Positions 61,814 through 64,000 of a stretch of DNA of 64,000 bases are shown piece after piece. A program made the translations under genes and the position numbers. Below the pieces are notes generated by a model, which was not told where the DNA came from, searched no databases, and saw only the letters and a program-made list of their open reading frames with translations. Numbering within the stretch: position 1 is the stretch's first letter; each line of letters opens with the position of its first letter. The stretch lies in assembly GCA_963753345.1 (NCBI GenBank), contig CAVWBU010000023.1:25987-89986 (forward strand), read 5' to 3'. This DNA is from an uncultured Fibrobacterota bacterium (lineage in GTDB: Bacteria; Fibrobacterota; Chitinivibrionia; Chitinivibrionales; FEN-1185).

Positions 61814-61845
61814 AAAGCCCTTCCGGAACCTCCCGGAAGGGCTTT
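61814..61845 (-). terminator. Hairpin terminator between the GH16 paralogs
   Basis: aaagcccttccgg-aacctc-ccggaagggcttt with an A-rich left flank. Confidence 0.65.
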
Positions 61846-61867
61846 GCCGAAAATCCAGAAAATCCTC

Positions 61868-63004
61868 TTACCTTGCCGTAACGAGCTTCCTCGCCGTCGA
61901 CAACCCGTTGTCTGTAAGAAGGAGCACATATGCGCCGTTCGAAAGCGTGGAAGGCACCACCTTCATCACATCGTCGCCTGTTTTCATCTGCCGCACCTTG
62001 CTGGAATAATCGGCAACCAGTTTCCCGCACAGGTCGTATACCCTGACTTTGGCTGTTGACGGATTTACAAGAGCAAACGACCGGAGTGTCTGGTGCTTGA
62101 CAGCCCGGTCCACAATGCCGGTTGCGCCCTTCTGGTACACCCTTACATAATCGATGTCCATCCTCTGCGGGAAAATGGAATTGGTGACATTGCCTCCTTG
62201 ATAAGCGCCACCCACCGCAATGTTCAGGATCCAGTAGAATGGCGAATGAAACGCCACTTCATTGGTAGCCTGGTTGATACTGGGAGGAGGATCGTCTGTC
62301 GGGAAATTTGGGCCCCAGAACAGCGTGTCATCGAAGTAATGTTCCACATGTAATGAATCCCAAAGCATGCCATAGGTGTGGTAGCCGTCGCACAGGCACT
62401 TCGGATAGTCACGCTGGCCGCAGTTATAGTTTGCGCTCCCGTCGGCGTTCGCATAATGACAGGTCGCGATAAAACAATTATCGCCCGCCACAGTCGGCAC
62501 CGACGCTTCCGGACAGGGGTTGGTCTCATTCTGCGGACCGGTTCTTGCTTCGTACAACTCCATCTCGCCGCATTTGGGCCATGGAACTCCGTGATTGATG
62601 CTGGCGCCTATTATCCAAACTGCGGGCCATAGACCATTGCCCTGCGGGGCCCTCATTCTCACTTCAAAATAGCCGTACTTGAATTCCTTTTTTCCCCCGG
62701 TATTTACGCGACCGGACGTGTACTTGGCGTTTGCAGCGCTTGCGGCATTGAGCACACCGTTCGGATTGTACTTGGCCCTCAACGTTAGAGCGCCGCTGTC
62801 CATTGTGTAGTTACCCTGACTGTAAAACTCCTGTTCGCCATTCTGACCCGCTCCGGTATCAAAACTCCAGGCAGTCGTGTCCAGCGTGGGGCCATCGAAC
62901 TCGTCGGACCATACAAGTCCGTAACCTGCGGTTACCGGCGGCAAGGCATATACCGCTCCCGCACCGAAAATCAACATCGAAAGAAAAACAACAAACTTCC
63001 TCAT
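61868..63004 (-). CDS. GH16 laminarinase-like glycoside hydrolase (tandem paralog)
   Basis: WSDEFDG, GLWPAVW, WPKCGEMELYE and DYVRVYQ; tail YDLCGKLV. Confidence 0.9.
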   Translation of the reverse strand: MRKFVVFLSMLIFGAGAVYALPPVTAGYGLVWSDEFDGPTLDTTAWSFDTGAGQNGEQEFYSQGNYTMDSGALTLRAKYNPNGVLNAASAANAKYTSGRVNTGGKKEFKYGYFEVRMRAPQGNGLWPAVWIIGASINHGVPWPKCGEMELYEARTGPQNETNPCPEASVPTVAGDNCFIATCHYANADGSANYNCGQRDYPKCLCDGYHTYGMLWDSLHVEHYFDDTLFWGPNFPTDDPPPSINQATNEVAFHSPFYWILNIAVGGAYQGGNVTNSIFPQRMDIDYVRVYQKGATGIVDRAVKHQTLRSFALVNPSTAKVRVYDLCGKLVADYSSKVRQMKTGDDVMKVVPSTLSNGAYVLLLTDNGLSTARKLVTAR

Positions 63005-63247
63005 CCGCTTCCCCCTTGTTTGGTATGATTGTGATTTTGAGAATATTTTATGGGAACCTATTGACAAAAATGATAATACCACCTCCGCTTCATCAACAGG
63101 AGGTGTACTCGATCTCCCCTCGGTCAGATAATGTGTTCCGTGTTGGGGCGTTGCTCAGCAGTAATGATAAGACGGAATTCTCCCCCTCTTGGTGGGTCAC
63201 ACGCCGACAAACAATATAAATAAGGAAGCCATCCTGTGCCAAAGGAA

Positions 63248-63433
63248 ACAGGAAGATTCCAACTTCGAATCCATGAATTTGAAGATGGCTTTATATTAAG
63301 GACGGTCGCCCCGATGCGTTCGAGATGCGGGGCCCCAAGGACAGGAAAATTCCAACTTCGAATCCATGAATTTGAAGATGGCTTTATATTAAGGACGGTC
63401 GCCCCGATGCGTTCGAGATGCGGGGCCCCAAGG
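63248..63433. repeat. 93-nt direct tandem duplication (2 copies)
   Basis: 63248-63340 and 63341-63433 differ at one base (gaagat versus gaaaat). Confidence 0.9.
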
Positions 63434-63471
63434 CGCCATCGCCGAAATAAAAGCTACAGACCAGTCAGTTC

Positions 63472-63831
63472 TTATTCTCTCCTGTTCTTTCTGACGTACT
63501 GAAATATCATCCCCGTAACGCCTTTCCATATATAGCTTCGCAGTTGTACCGGCTGAAAAACACCTTTCACGTTTCTGTATCGAAGGTTATAGGACCGAAT
63601 TTTTTTAGGGGTCCATAGTAGACATTCTTGAAGGATATCTTCGCCATATTCCCTCGCAACAGATGGATATAGTATTGTGCGAATCCTATAAATGAAAAAC
63701 CCGATTTGATGAAGCAGTAATGTTTGTTGTGCCGAAGAATTTCCTCTCTTAGCAAGGCGGATGAGTTTGCGTTCATCGTGAAGAGGGAGATTGGGGTATT
63801 GCTTGACGACCTGTTTATATTGTTCAAACAT
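63472..63831 (-). CDS. Short sigma70 region 1.2/2-like protein (no region 4)
   Basis: YPNLPLHDERKLIRLAKRGNSSAQQTLL...EDILQE...LRSYIW, then a stop codon. Confidence 0.55.
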   Translation of the reverse strand: MFEQYKQVVKQYPNLPLHDERKLIRLAKRGNSSAQQTLLLHQIGFFIYRIRTILYPSVAREYGEDILQECLLWTPKKIRSYNLRYRNVKGVFQPVQLRSYIWKGVTGMIFQYVRKNRRE

Positions 63832-63916
63832 TTTCGGCAATATATAATAAGTGCGTGATTGTGATAGCACTAAAATAGCTACAACCTTTCAGGCTCCATT
63901 TTTTAAGCACGGTAAC

Positions 63917-63948
63917 AAAAAAGGCTCACGGATCGCTCCGTAAGCCTT
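63917..63948 (-). terminator. Terminator downstream of the tRNA
   Basis: aaggctcacgga-tcgc-tccgtaagcctt preceded by an A-run (a U-tract on the minus strand). Confidence 0.65.
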
Positions 63949-63958
63949 TGATCTAAAA

Positions 63959-64000
63959 TGGCGCCTCGCAGAATTGAACTGCGGACACAAGGATTTTCAG
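63959..64000 (-). tRNA. tRNA-Phe(GAA), 3' half (truncated by the window edge)
   Basis: The minus strand reads ctgaaaa (anticodon loop, GAA), tccttgtgtc, cgcag-ttcaatt-ctgcg (T arm), aggcgcc-a. Confidence 0.85.

Noticed and set aside
63248-63433. CRISPR array or tRNA-like element
   Set aside because: Two contiguous copies with no spacer and no cas genes; the ttcgaatcc segment has no T-stem.

Overview
A GC-rich bacterial chromosomal window, most consistent with Fibrobacterota (Chitinivibrionia/Chitinispirillia-like). That placement is inferred from a TIGR02171-like domain and from many secreted proteins with T9SS-like C-terminal tails. Left to right it contains: housekeeping genes (GIY-YIG protein, murJ, GT2, ParB-like); a sigma54 nitrogen cluster (EIIA-Ntr, a NifA-like activator, a stand-alone copy of its HTH, amtB-glnK, a porin); a giant frameshifted InlB-B-repeat lipoprotein next to a PEGA Ser/Thr kinase and a TPR protein; polysaccharide-related secreted proteins (CBM32, heparinase II/III-like, DUF1080, beta-helix, two GH16); a 7TM-DISM/NtrC two-component pair; a tandemly duplicated two-gene cassette; a patatin; a DUF6057 plus CxxCH propeller pair; and the 3' half of tRNA-Phe at the right edge. 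The most striking unexplained signal is a dispersed family of structured intergenic elements. Three copies are composites (module A, a ttcaac-containing linker, module B) and two are solo B, with compensatory base changes between copies. The second is a sigma54-driven mini-protein that duplicates the DNA-binding helix of the adjacent activator. All calls come from reading the sequence by eye; no searches were run.
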